A stretch of DNA of 64,000 nucleotides from Candidatus Fermentithermobacillaceae bacterium. Its GTDB lineage: Bacteria; Bacillota; Sulfobacillia; Fermentithermobacillales; DUSS01. Positions 50,209 through 59,405 of the stretch are shown here, piece after piece. The notes under the pieces were generated by a model that worked only from the letters and a program-made list of their open reading frames with translations, did not search any database and was not told the origin of the DNA. The first letter of the stretch is position 1. Each line of letters starts with the position of its first letter. Both the position numbers and the translations under genes were made by a program. Location of the stretch: assembly GCA_012842495.1 (NCBI GenBank), contig DUSS01000009.1, forward strand, positions 98,646 through 162,645. The letters run 5' to 3'.

Positions 50209-51924
50209 ATGGCTCTCTCGAATCCGGCACCTTTCCACTCCCGGTACCACCACGCTTCTCTGGCCAAGCACGGAATGGTCGCAGCCGCTCATCCCCTTGC
50301 CGTCATCGCCGGCCTTGATGTGCTCCGGGAGGGCGGGACCGCCATGGACGCCTGCATAGCTATGTCCGGCGTCACCTCGGTGGTTCTGCCCCACCTATGT
50401 GGGCTAGGAGGCGACGCGTTCCTCATCTACTACGAGGCATCGACGGGACAAGCAGTGGCCCTAAACGCCAGCGGGCCGCCGGGAGACAGATCGACCGTCG
50501 ATCACCTTCTGAAGGATGAAAGGGTGACGAGAGGAAGATCGGGTACGATGCCAGGGGAAGTACATGCGGGCAAAACTGGCAAGCTTCCCTGCATCCTGCC
50601 TCAGCATGGAATCCTCTCGGTGGCCGTCCCCGGTCTCCCCTACGCTCTCGAAGCGGCCTCAAAGCGTTTCGGGGTGCTCGGTCTCAAAAGATGCCTCGAG
50701 CCAGCTATCCGCATTGCAGAAGAAGGTTTTGTGGTCTTTCCCTCTCTTGAAAAGGCAGTATATTTGGAGCGCGAGAAGATCGCTTCTTATCCCGAGTGCT
50801 CCCGCATCTATCTTCCGGGCGGGAATCCGCCCCGAGCAGGGGAAATCTTTCGCCAGCCTGATCTCGCGCAGACGCTTCGGGAATTCATAGACGGCGGCGC
50901 TGAATGGTTCTACCGTGGTCCATTCGCTGCCGCGTTTATGCGAATGAACGATGAGCTCCAGGGGACTTTTACGGGCGAGGAGTTTCAGCGATACCTCGGG
51001 GAGCAGGCCGGGTTTTACCAGCCACTAGCCGGAACATATCGCGGATACACCGTACTGGAAACCGCCCCGGTGTCGCAGGGTTTTCTCGTAATCGAGATGC
51101 TCAATGTCCTCGAAGGCTTCGACATGCCTTCCCTGAACCCGCTAAGCTCGACGTCGTTACACTTAATCGCCGAGGCGAAGAAACTCGCCTTTTCCGACAG
51201 AAACGCATACGCGGGTGACCCAACCTTTTCCGGCTTCGATGTAAAGCGATACATTTCGAAGGAGAGGGCAGATGAGCTCCGGTCGAAGATCCACCCGGAA
51301 AGGGCCTCTGTTTCGTGTGAGCCCGGTCCCGCAACAGCGGGCGACACCACTTCCTTCGTAGCCGTAGACTCCTGGGGAAACGCATGTTCATTCATTCAAA
51401 GTATAGCGTTTTCCTTCGGTTCGGGCCTGGTGGTACCCGGCACAGGTGTCATCCTTAACAATCGGGCGGGTCGTTCTTTCTTACTGCTCGACGGACATCC
51501 CAACTGCATCGCACCTGGGAAAAAGCCCATGCATACCCTCAACTGCTACGTCGTCCTCAAAGACGGACGGTTCTTCATCGCAGGTGGGACGCCCGGCGGC
51601 GATGGGCAGCCTCAGTGGAACGTCCAGATGCTCCATCTCATGCTGGACCACGGTGCCGGACCCCAGGACGCGGCGGATTTTCCAAGGTGGATATCGTTTC
51701 CCGGAACCGACGTGAAGGACCTCTGGGAGGCGCCCGAACTCAGGTTGGAGTCGAGGTTCCCGGAGGAAGCTTTTGAAGGTCTAACTAAGCGGGGCCATAA
51801 GATCCGCAGGCTCAGCCCGTGGAGTTCCCAGGGCGCGGCTCAGATCATAATGAGAGACCCCGATAGCGGCCTTCTCCTGGGAGGTTCGGACAAAAGGGCA
51901 AACGGTCTCGCTTTAGGCTATTAG
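50209..51924 (+). CDS. ggt: gamma-glutamyltranspeptidase family protein
   Basis: 571 aa; autoprocessing threonine context TTSFVAVDSWGNA and GGT large/small subunit motifs. Confidence 0.85.
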   Translation: MALSNPAPFHSRYHHASLAKHGMVAAAHPLAVIAGLDVLREGGTAMDACIAMSGVTSVVLPHLCGLGGDAFLIYYEASTGQAVALNASGPPGDRSTVDHLLKDERVTRGRSGTMPGEVHAGKTGKLPCILPQHGILSVAVPGLPYALEAASKRFGVLGLKRCLEPAIRIAEEGFVVFPSLEKAVYLEREKIASYPECSRIYLPGGNPPRAGEIFRQPDLAQTLREFIDGGAEWFYRGPFAAAFMRMNDELQGTFTGEEFQRYLGEQAGFYQPLAGTYRGYTVLETAPVSQGFLVIEMLNVLEGFDMPSLNPLSSTSLHLIAEAKKLAFSDRNAYAGDPTFSGFDVKRYISKERADELRSKIHPERASVSCEPGPATAGDTTSFVAVDSWGNACSFIQSIAFSFGSGLVVPGTGVILNNRAGRSFLLLDGHPNCIAPGKKPMHTLNCYVVLKDGRFFIAGGTPGGDGQPQWNVQMLHLMLDHGAGPQDAADFPRWISFPGTDVKDLWEAPELRLESRFPEEAFEGLTKRGHKIRRLSPWSSQGAAQIIMRDPDSGLLLGGSDKRANGLALGY

Positions 51925-52005
51925 ATCGGTTGCACTCTGACGGACAACTGGCCTTGTCGACGCAGCAACTCCCATGTCAACTACGGGCTGGTGAGGAAAA
52001 TAGAG

Positions 52006-52082
52006 TGGTGGCCCCAACGGGAGTCGAACCCGTGTTACCGCCTTGAAAGGGCGATGTCTTAACCACTTGACCATGGGGCCAC
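52006..52082 (-). tRNA. tRNA-Glu (anticodon UUC)
   Basis: rc: GTGGCCCCATGGTCAAGTGGTTAAGACATCGCCCTTTCAAGGCGGTAACACGGGTTCGACTCCCGTTGGGGCCACCA. Cloverleaf intact, anticodon loop CTTTCAA. Confidence 0.85.
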
Positions 52083-52083
52083 C

Positions 52084-52158
52084 TGGTGCGCCCGGTGTGC
52101 ATCGAACACACGACCAACCGGTTATGAGCCGGCCGCTCTGCCGCTGAGCTACGGGCGC
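52084..52158 (-). tRNA. tRNA with CAU anticodon (Met; a lysidine-modified Ile2 cannot be excluded)
   Basis: rc: GCGCCCGTAGCTCAGCGGCAGAGCGGCCGGCTCATAACCGGTTGGTCGTGTGTTCGATGCACACCGGGCGCACCA. Confidence 0.75.
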
Positions 52159-52164
52159 AATTAA

Positions 52165-52241
52165 TGGCTCCTCGAGCAGGACTCGAACCTGCAACCCTCC
52201 GGTTAACAGCCGGATGCTCTGCCATTGAGCTATCGAGGAGC
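52165..52241 (-). tRNA. tRNA-Asn (anticodon GUU)
   Basis: rc: GCTCCTCGATAGCTCAATGGCAGAGCATCCGGCTGTTAACCGGAGGGTTGCAGGTTCGAGTCCTGCTCGAGGAGCCA. Confidence 0.85.
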
Positions 52242-52250
52242 GTCACTTGT

Positions 52251-52279
52251 AGTATACGCATCGATACGCGGTGAGTCAA
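52251..52279 (-). promoter_or_regulatory. consensus sigma-A promoter of the tRNA Asn–Met–Glu operon
   Basis: Minus strand: TTGACT – 17 nt – TATACT, ending ~10 nt before the tRNA-Asn 5' end. Confidence 0.65.
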
Positions 52280-52292
52280 GGAAATGTTGGTT

Positions 52293-54620
52293 CTAAGCCG
52301 CGTCTATTCTTACTAAGGGTACCGCTTCCGGCGCGCCGGCCTGCGCCGGCGCGGCCACCGCAATTGTAGCCGCTTCCCAGCGACCCGCACCCCCCGGTTC
52401 ACCTTCCAACTCGACCCCCGGGACTTCCCCGGCGCCGGCTCGCAGCTTGTTTCGCTTGCCTTCCCCGCTCAATACCGCTTTTTCCGCGAAAAAAGTATCT
52501 CGCCCAGCAGAGCTATAAGGGTACCCCCCCCCCCGTTTGGCAATATCTGCCATCTCTTCAGCCGGTATCCTCAAAAACGCCTCAACCACCCGCGGATCAA
52601 ATTGCCTACCGGCACACCGCCGCAACTCTTGTCTGGCCGCCTTGGCAGTAAGAGCCCGCCGGTACGGCCTGGCCGACGTCATCGCATCGTAAGCATCCGC
52701 TACCCGGATGATCCGCGCCAGGAGCGGGATCTCTTCCCCCACCAGGCCCGCCGGATAACCGCCACCACAGTAATCTTCGTGGTGGTGCCGCACCGCTTCG
52801 ATCACCGCCCCCGGAAACCTGGCCGGCTCGAGAATCCTCGCCCCCACCACAGGGTGACCCCGCACCTCCTTCCGTTCTTCATCGTCGAGATACCCCGGCT
52901 TGAGCAAGATGCTTTCCCGCACGCCAATCTTTCCCAAATCGTGCAACAGTCCGGCCAGGTACACCTGCTCCTGCTCATCGGCACTAAGCCCCAGCAGCCT
53001 GGCGCACGACCGCGCCCACCGCGCCACTCGCAGGGAGTGCCCCCGCGTGTAAACATCCCTAGCCTCCAGGGCCGCCGCCAGTGCCCGCACGGCACTCAGG
53101 TAGTATTCCCGAAGCGACGAGTACAGCCGGGCGTTTTCCAGCGCCAGCCCGGTCTGGCACGCAACGATCGCCAGGTACCCGACATCTTCCTCGCTCCACC
53201 GCCGCGGTGCGGGGGAGTAAATCTTAAGCGTGCCGAGAATCTTTTCACCCGCCCGTACCGGCACCACGGCCACCGCACGCACTTCAGCCGAGTAGTATGG
53301 GAGGTGCATGCCCGGCTCGCTGTCGCTCACGTCTTCTACGACCACCGGTTCTCCCGACTCCAGCACCTTCCCCAGCAGGGTGCCCTCAGGCCGGACGCGC
53401 CCGGCCCTGGCCCGCAGCTCCGCACCCATACCCAGGCTCCCTCTCAGGACCAGCTCGCCCGTCTCCTCATCAAGTAGCCGCAGGGCACACCTCTCTGCCC
53501 CCAGGACATCCCGGACGCTCGCCAGGGCCGACTCCACCACAACATCCACGTTCAGGCTGCCCGACACCACCCGCCCCACTTCGATCAGCCGTTCCAGCAT
53601 GGCCGCCCTTAGCTGCAGCTCGCGGAAAAGGCGGGCATTCTCAAGCGCAAGCCCCAGGCTCGTGCCCAACGTGGTAAGGAAAGCGGTCTCGTCTTCGGCA
53701 AAACCCGCCCCTTCCGGTCTGCCCGCTATGGTCAGCACCCCTGTTACCCTGGCCCCAACCATCAGGGGTAAGACTACCGCAGGCCGCCTCTCTTCGGGCG
53801 TGCCACTTCCGGGCCGGCCGTCAAAATGAGCGGCGCGCGCCTCCCGCTCAACCGCGGCAACCACTTCGCCCGGCGGTACCACGCGGAACTCGTCACGGGA
53901 CTCCACAGCGGCCGCCACTTCGGCGCCCGAGAGCCCCAACGCCTGAGGAAGCATCACCACCGATCCGCTGGTGGCACCCGTCAACTCCAACACCGACTGC
54001 AGGGCCCGCCGGGCCACTTCAGCTATCTCGAGGCTACCGGAAACGGTCTGGCCGAACTCAAACAGAGCGGCAAGCTCACCCACCTTCCTGCCGAGTTCCT
54101 GCTTCGCGTAAAGCAGCTGAGCCACCATCTCCGTTAGGTTCCGTACCACCGCCATAACCGCCCGGAGCCGCTCTTCCGTCCAGACCGGCACCACCCCGGC
54201 CGCCTCAAGGAGCTTTTCCGGATCTATGCCCGTTTCCCGGGCCAGTTGCATCACCGTCTCCTCCGGGAGCGGTCGCACGGCCACGTTGCCTCCCAGCACG
54301 ACCGCTACCGTTTCTCCGGACACCCGCAGGGGAACCGCCAGATGCATCAGCCCAGCATGGCAGGTATGAAGGATCTCCTCCCCGACAGCCGCAGCAGCCT
54401 CCGCAGAGGCCACGCGAGAAGCCGCGCACCTGGCCCGCGCTTCGGGATTGGCACCGAGCATGGCGCAGAAGGGACACAGGTTGGACGGCTCGGTCAGGGG
54501 ACGGCCGTCCGGGTATGCGAGCATAACCGCCAGTCCCAGGGCCCGGCTCATGCTCTCCTGAAGTTCGTGTAAACCTATCTGTCTGAGCTCTTCGTAGAAC
54601 GCGGACTTTTCCTTAAGCAT
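52293..54620 (-). CDS. PocR-like sensor + tandem GAF domains + HD-GYP phosphodiesterase
   Basis: N-terminal Cys/His-containing PocR-like region (CPFCAML...HTCHAGL), three GAF-like segments, and a C-terminal HD-GYP (LLHDLGK...HHEDYCGGGYP). The last ~70 codons are low-complexity and follow a G11 run. Confidence 0.75.
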   Translation of the reverse strand: MLKEKSAFYEELRQIGLHELQESMSRALGLAVMLAYPDGRPLTEPSNLCPFCAMLGANPEARARCAASRVASAEAAAAVGEEILHTCHAGLMHLAVPLRVSGETVAVVLGGNVAVRPLPEETVMQLARETGIDPEKLLEAAGVVPVWTEERLRAVMAVVRNLTEMVAQLLYAKQELGRKVGELAALFEFGQTVSGSLEIAEVARRALQSVLELTGATSGSVVMLPQALGLSGAEVAAAVESRDEFRVVPPGEVVAAVEREARAAHFDGRPGSGTPEERRPAVVLPLMVGARVTGVLTIAGRPEGAGFAEDETAFLTTLGTSLGLALENARLFRELQLRAAMLERLIEVGRVVSGSLNVDVVVESALASVRDVLGAERCALRLLDEETGELVLRGSLGMGAELRARAGRVRPEGTLLGKVLESGEPVVVEDVSDSEPGMHLPYYSAEVRAVAVVPVRAGEKILGTLKIYSPAPRRWSEEDVGYLAIVACQTGLALENARLYSSLREYYLSAVRALAAALEARDVYTRGHSLRVARWARSCARLLGLSADEQEQVYLAGLLHDLGKIGVRESILLKPGYLDDEERKEVRGHPVVGARILEPARFPGAVIEAVRHHHEDYCGGGYPAGLVGEEIPLLARIIRVADAYDAMTSARPYRRALTAKAARQELRRCAGRQFDPRVVEAFLRIPAEEMADIAKRGGGYPYSSAGRDTFFAEKAVLSGEGKRNKLRAGAGEVPGVELEGEPGGAGRWEAATIAVAAPAQAGAPEAVPLVRIDAA
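52524..52534. repeat. C11/G11 homopolymer tract inside the 3' end of the HD-GYP gene
   Basis: gtaCCCCCCCCCCCgtttgg on the plus strand, encoding the GGG of the GGGYP motif on the minus strand. Confidence 0.8.
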
Positions 54621-54736
54621 CGTTGACTTTTACGCACTAATCCACCCCTTCTCACCAACCGCCCCCGCCGGCACCCGCCGTCACGCCACCGCGCCCCGGG
54701 GGTTGCTCCGCCTCCCGCTCACGCTTGCCTCCCATT

Positions 54737-55690
54737 TTACCCAATCCTGTTTTCCATCTTAAGCCGTCCCTGAATCCCGGGCTTACGCGAGCCCTCTTGG
54801 AGAATAGAAACATCTCCCCGGGCCATCGCCCGATGCTCGGCCCACAGAAACCCCGCGGCAGCCCGCCAGCCGCCGGAGGTCCGGCCTGTCCGCAGCCGGA
54901 GCAGTTCCGGCGACCCTGCCTGTACCAAGTCGGCTCTCAGGAGTTCTCTCAAGCGCGGGTCTCTTAGACTCAGTGGTATGTTGGGACGAACCTCAACGCA
55001 CGAAGCATCTCGGGCGATCCTTTCGACCAGTTCCCGAACAGACCCCAGTTCACCGGCGGGCACGAACGTCGGACTCGTCGCCAGCGTGGTCAGGGCTACC
55101 GTGCTGTTGGGCATGTTGAAATACCCCAGGGGCACGGCCTGAAACCGCACTTTACGCCGGCGGACTGCGATACCGCGTCCCGCCTCAAACCGACCGGGGT
55201 GCCCATCCGCGGTACCAACTACGTTTTCTTCACCCCGTAAGACCGCGTTGCATTCTGGAGCTCGACTGCGTCGAACACGAACTTCGTAGCTTTCTCCACC
55301 GAAAAAGGGGATGTCCCACTTCGTCCACTCGCCGCTTCCCGGAAGCCAGTCGGGCATCACCCACACAACCTTCGAGAACATGCGCTCCTCCAGCGCCCTT
55401 CTGAGATAGTTCCCGCAGTGCAAAGACCAGGAAAAAGTATCGTAGAGATCGGAGTGAGCATCTACGTGAATCAGGGTATCCGAATGCGCCCCCCACTCCT
55501 TCCACACGAAGTAGGCTTCCTTGTGGTCGGTGAAGAGCGCAACAGGGCTTCCTTTCCATTTCAAGCCGGCTGCTTTGAGGTTTTTCAGGAGATCCTCCGG
55601 CCTTATCCAGAGCCTTTGTTTTATCAGCGTATTTCCGCTGGTTCTGGGTTTGAACATGAAATCCGCGTCGATATCGAGGAATACGGCCAT
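54737..55690 (-). CDS. UPF0489 family protein (arginase/deacetylase-like fold)
   Basis: MAVFLDIDADF... and LIHVDAHSDLYD motifs of the UPF0489 family. Confidence 0.6.
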   Translation of the reverse strand: MAVFLDIDADFMFKPRTSGNTLIKQRLWIRPEDLLKNLKAAGLKWKGSPVALFTDHKEAYFVWKEWGAHSDTLIHVDAHSDLYDTFSWSLHCGNYLRRALEERMFSKVVWVMPDWLPGSGEWTKWDIPFFGGESYEVRVRRSRAPECNAVLRGEENVVGTADGHPGRFEAGRGIAVRRRKVRFQAVPLGYFNMPNSTVALTTLATSPTFVPAGELGSVRELVERIARDASCVEVRPNIPLSLRDPRLRELLRADLVQAGSPELLRLRTGRTSGGWRAAAGFLWAEHRAMARGDVSILQEGSRKPGIQGRLKMENRIG

Positions 55691-55839
55691 TTAAACCACC
55701 CTCGATATATCCAGCACCGCCTCTCCCTGAATTTAACCTCTCTTCAACCGTAAAAGAGCTTCGTTGGCTTCCTCAAGGGGAAATACCTCCGTCGAAACCT
55801 TTACGGGTATTTCCGCCGCCAACCGTATAAATTCCCGGA
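55691..55839 (-). pseudogene. duplicated 3'-terminal fragment (~45 codons) of the alcohol dehydrogenase gene
   Basis: 55710-55839 is ~97% identical to 57231-57359, the last codons of ADH 57212..58231 (...REFIRLAAEIPVKVSTEVFPLEEANEALLRLKR...). It ends in its own stop codon abutting the UPF0489 start. Confidence 0.7.
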
Positions 55840-55902
55840 ACCGCCTAATGGAAAAATGGTTCTATCGGGAAAACCTCGCGGACCTTGGCACTGTCCTGCC
55901 GT

Positions 55903-56346
55903 TTATGCGCGATCACTCGTTCTTGACCCAAGACCTTCGCCTTCGGCGGCTGCGCGCAGCCTTTCATCGAACGTAAGGATCTTCAACTCCGGGATCTCCT
56001 TTTGGAGAGTCTTGGCTGCCGCCAAATGCCACAAGTCCGCACCTCGAAGGGGCCACGCACCGGCCAAGTCCTTGAACCTACCGTAGTCAGGCAACACGTA
56101 AATCCGCCGCCAGGGGCCTTCTTCCAGAGTCTCGTATGCCGCCTTCAACAGCACCTCTCCCAGGCATCCCTCCCGCTTCATTCTGGATATCACCGCACAA
56201 GTTTCAGCCCAGCCCAACGAAGACACGAGATGAACACCGGGTAGCTCTAGTTGTGCACGCGCCTCTTCGCTGTGAGAATCCCTAAACAGCACGGACAGGA
56301 TTGCTGAAGCATCCCAGTAGATAGCTGCAGGTTGCTTTTGACTCAT
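55903..56346 (-). CDS. vapC: PIN-domain toxin (VapC-like)
   Basis: ~147 aa from MSQKQPAAIYWDASAIL...; acidic PIN residues in the expected positions. The start overlaps the antitoxin stop (ATGA). Confidence 0.65.
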   Translation of the reverse strand: MSQKQPAAIYWDASAILSVLFRDSHSEEARAQLELPGVHLVSSLGWAETCAVISRMKREGCLGEVLLKAAYETLEEGPWRRIYVLPDYGRFKDLAGAWPLRGADLWHLAAAKTLQKEIPELKILTFDERLRAAAEGEGLGSRTSDRA

Positions 56347-56630
56347 CCCTCGCGATCCTCCCGTAAGAACCGTTGCGCCAGGTCGCCTTCCACGGGAAAC
56401 GGAGGCGGGATCCTGCTGGCTTTGTCGCCTTTGGCAGGCTCGATCCACCCTCTCCGCTCGAGCGCGGCAAGCCTATCCTCCAGTGACAGAGCCGAGGGAG
56501 ATACTCTGGTAATCTTGGCGACAGGGCGTCCTCTATCGGTTATGATGACCTCGGCGCCAGCTGCAACTTGGTCCAGAATCCGGCTCAAGTTAATCTTGGC
56601 TTCCTTGATCCCAACTGTGATATCGTGCAT
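56343..56630 (-). CDS. Phd/YefM-family antitoxin
   Basis: 95 aa; MHDITVGIKEAKINLSRILDQVAAGAEVIITDRGRPVAKI is the Phd/YefM N-terminal fold signature. Confidence 0.7.
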   Translation of the reverse strand: MHDITVGIKEAKINLSRILDQVAAGAEVIITDRGRPVAKITRVSPSALSLEDRLAALERRGWIEPAKGDKASRIPPPFPVEGDLAQRFLREDREG

Positions 56631-56761
56631 ACCCGCACCTCCCGGTTTGGGTACTATTATGATTACATTAAGATGTTACTACAGTGGTCACATAGAGTCA
56701 AGTTGTTGTACTGGGTCGGTCTTGTTAGTAGTCTTTCGGCCCGATGGTCTCCTTCGACTAG

Positions 56762-57054
56762 ACCAGCGTTAGGGGCGGCGTCATCCTGTGCTACTCGCGG
56801 GAAGGCAGCACCGGCCCAGCTTTCACGGACCTCCAGGGCTACGACTGGGCCCGCGACTCTATCGAGCTTCTCGCTTCGCAGGGCATTCTGAAGGGTGTAG
56901 GGGAAGGCCGTTTTGAACCCGGAGGTGTCGTTACGCGCGAGCAGTTTGCGGCACTCGTGGAGCGCCTATTCACGCTCAGGCCGCAGTGCTGCTCGACCAG
57001 GTGCGGGCGAGATTCCAAGACTACCTGTCAGTCAAGCAACCCGAGGCCTTTGTA
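56762..57054 (+). pseudogene. remnant of an S-layer homology (SLH) domain protein (no start codon, truncated)
   Basis: The open frame encodes ...FTDLQGYDWARDSIELLASQGILKGVGEGRFEPGGVVTREQFAALVERLF..., one complete SLH motif, then runs into nonsense and a stop. Confidence 0.55.
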
Positions 57055-57211
57055 GTCCCTGCCGAATACCTTGGTAAAGGAATCGCTTCGGCCCCTCCGT
57101 CCGTTTTCGATAATGAATTGGTTTTGACTACCTGGTGGAATGTGCACCGATGCAGATGCTGAAGGCGGGTTTGCGTTTTGCTCCCTTCGAGGCATTCATC
57201 GCGCCATCTCT

Positions 57212-58231
57212 CTATACTACTCGTGCTACCTCCAGCACCGCCTCTCCCTGAATTTGAGCTCTCTTCAATCGTAAAAGAGCTTCGTTGGCTTCCTCAAGGG
57301 GAAATACCTCCGTCGAAACCTTTACGGGTATTTCCGCCGCCAACCGTATAAATTCCCGGGCATCTTCTCGTGTGGCGTTGGCCACGCTTTTCACGGACTT
57401 TTCCCAATACAGAAGGGAGTAATCGAACGCAGGAACCCCATCGAGGTGTACCGCGTTTACCGCGAGCGTACCGCCTTTTTTCAAAGCCCTGAGAGCTGCG
57501 GGGATGACTGAACCCGCAGGCGCAAAACTCACCGCCGCATCGCACGAACCCGCCGGTCCGTCCTCTGCTCTGCCCGCCCAGCTAGCGCCGAGTTCGCGGG
57601 CTAGATTCTGGTGCGCTACGCTCCTGGTGAAAACGAGGACGTCACATCCCCAGTGACGTGCCACCTGAATCGCCAGGTGCGCCGAGGCTCCAAATCCGAA
57701 CAGCCCCACCGTATCCCCGGGTTTCACCCCGGCTATTTTCAACGACCGGTATCCGATGATCCCGGCGCACAGAAGGGGTGCCGCATCCAGGTCGGAAAAG
57801 GCTGGAGGCAGCTGGATCACAAAGTCCTTTCTGGCAATGACGTACTCGGCGTAGCCCCCATTGTAGGAATAGCCCGTAAACTGTATTCTCTCGCACAGGT
57901 TCTCTTGGCCTTTTAGGCAAAATGAGCACTGGCCGCAAGCGCTGTAAAGCCAGGGCAAGCCTACCCGGTCACCAACCCTGACCCCGGAGTCTGCGTTATT
58001 CGGGGCGTCACCCACGGCGTCAACCACGCCTACGATCTGGTGCCCCGGTACGAGGGGTAAACGGACCGGGGGTAGCTCACCCTCGACGATATGGAGATCG
58101 GTGCGGCATACGCCGCAAAACCGCACTTTGATGCGGACTTCTCCCGGCCCTGGGACGGGCTCGGGGAGGTCTTCGAGGGAAAGAGGCCGGCTTTCCACCG
58201 GCGCCGGCCTACGCAAAACCATCGCTTTCAT
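57212..58231 (-). CDS. adh: zinc-dependent medium-chain alcohol dehydrogenase
   Basis: 339 aa; GVCRTDLHIVEGE, GHQIVGVV, structural-zinc Cys cluster CGQCSFC, Rossmann fold GLFGFGASAH. Confidence 0.85.
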   Translation of the reverse strand: MKAMVLRRPAPVESRPLSLEDLPEPVPGPGEVRIKVRFCGVCRTDLHIVEGELPPVRLPLVPGHQIVGVVDAVGDAPNNADSGVRVGDRVGLPWLYSACGQCSFCLKGQENLCERIQFTGYSYNGGYAEYVIARKDFVIQLPPAFSDLDAAPLLCAGIIGYRSLKIAGVKPGDTVGLFGFGASAHLAIQVARHWGCDVLVFTRSVAHQNLARELGASWAGRAEDGPAGSCDAAVSFAPAGSVIPAALRALKKGGTLAVNAVHLDGVPAFDYSLLYWEKSVKSVANATREDAREFIRLAAEIPVKVSTEVFPLEEANEALLRLKRAQIQGEAVLEVARVV

Positions 58232-58251
58232 TCGGCATCACAAACCCCACT

Positions 58252-59244
58252 TTAAGGGCAGTCCGCTGCGGCGCTGGTCTCGGATTGCCCCCGTTTTTCC
58301 CGGGACACCCGGCCCCGTAAAATCTCCAGGATGAACCTGGCAGGCCCATCGTCGTCGTTAGAAAGCACGATATCCGATGCTTCCAGGCACAATTTAGGAC
58401 TGCCATTGGCCACCGCCACCCCAATACCGGCCTTGTTCACCATCTCGATATCATTGTCTCCATCTCCGATGGCAGCCACCTGACCCATCGAGAGATCCAT
58501 CCGCGAAGCGACGGTGGCCAGCGCTTCCCCCTTGTTCACCTTAACGCTCATGATCTCGAGAAACGTCCTGTCAGTCCTCACGCACTGAAGCCGGCCGGGA
58601 AAGCGCTTCAGCACCCTCGACTCCACCTCAGCGATGACGTCTTCGGGTCCGTCGGCGCAAATCTTGGGGATCAAAGATGAGTATTTCTCGATGGTTCCGT
58701 CCTGCAATACCTTCGGACGAACCATCGAGTATCCCCCGAACCTGGCCCAGAGAAACCGCCTGATAGAAAAGTGATTCCTAGGAAGCCTTCGGAGATTTCT
58801 CACCTCGAGGGCCAGCGTATCCTCGATGTGGACGTGGAAGTAGACATCCATGTCGCGAAGAATAGACGTGACGCCGAGCACCTCTTCTTCCCCCATGGGC
58901 ACGAATCCCCAGAGTTCGCGCTCCGTCGACCTGGGCGGCCTCCCCGAAAACACCCTCGCTCCGTTGCAGCAAATGAGAGGAGTCGTAAGACCAAGCCATC
59001 CGGCGATCCGCTCCGCCATGTCCCTCGACCTCCCCGTGGCGATCACCACGGAAAGCCCCGCTTGAGTAGCCTCCCGTATCACCCTGCGAGTAAAGAGCGA
59101 TATGGTCCCGTCGCTTCTTAACAGCGTACCATCGAGGTCCACCGCCACCAGCCGGATATCCTGTTTCACCCCGGTCTCTCCTCTCCAACCGCATAAACCC
59201 GGCTCCATTTTACCGCAGATCGAGGCGACGCCGCGCACCCTCAC
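58252..59244 (-). CDS. Cof-type HAD-IIB family hydrolase
   Basis: IRLVAVDLDGTLL motif I, and IAIGDGDNDIEM motif III/IV. The true start is probably internal (~59160). Confidence 0.75.
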   Translation of the reverse strand: MRVRGVASICGKMEPGLCGWRGETGVKQDIRLVAVDLDGTLLRSDGTISLFTRRVIREATQAGLSVVIATGRSRDMAERIAGWLGLTTPLICCNGARVFSGRPPRSTERELWGFVPMGEEEVLGVTSILRDMDVYFHVHIEDTLALEVRNLRRLPRNHFSIRRFLWARFGGYSMVRPKVLQDGTIEKYSSLIPKICADGPEDVIAEVESRVLKRFPGRLQCVRTDRTFLEIMSVKVNKGEALATVASRMDLSMGQVAAIGDGDNDIEMVNKAGIGVAVANGSPKLCLEASDIVLSNDDDGPARFILEILRGRVSREKRGQSETSAAADCP

Positions 59245-59405
59245 ACCGTTCCGCAGGTTTATACGCGACCAGTCGCCCGCAGCTGGTATGGGGTTTTAGC
59301 TATGGCATTTGCCGGCCGCCAAAGCGACTTGCCAGCCTGGCGCCTTCCGGTTGGCAACTTATCTGCCCGAAGCGGATGCACGAAGTCCCGCAAGCAATCA
59401 CATGC

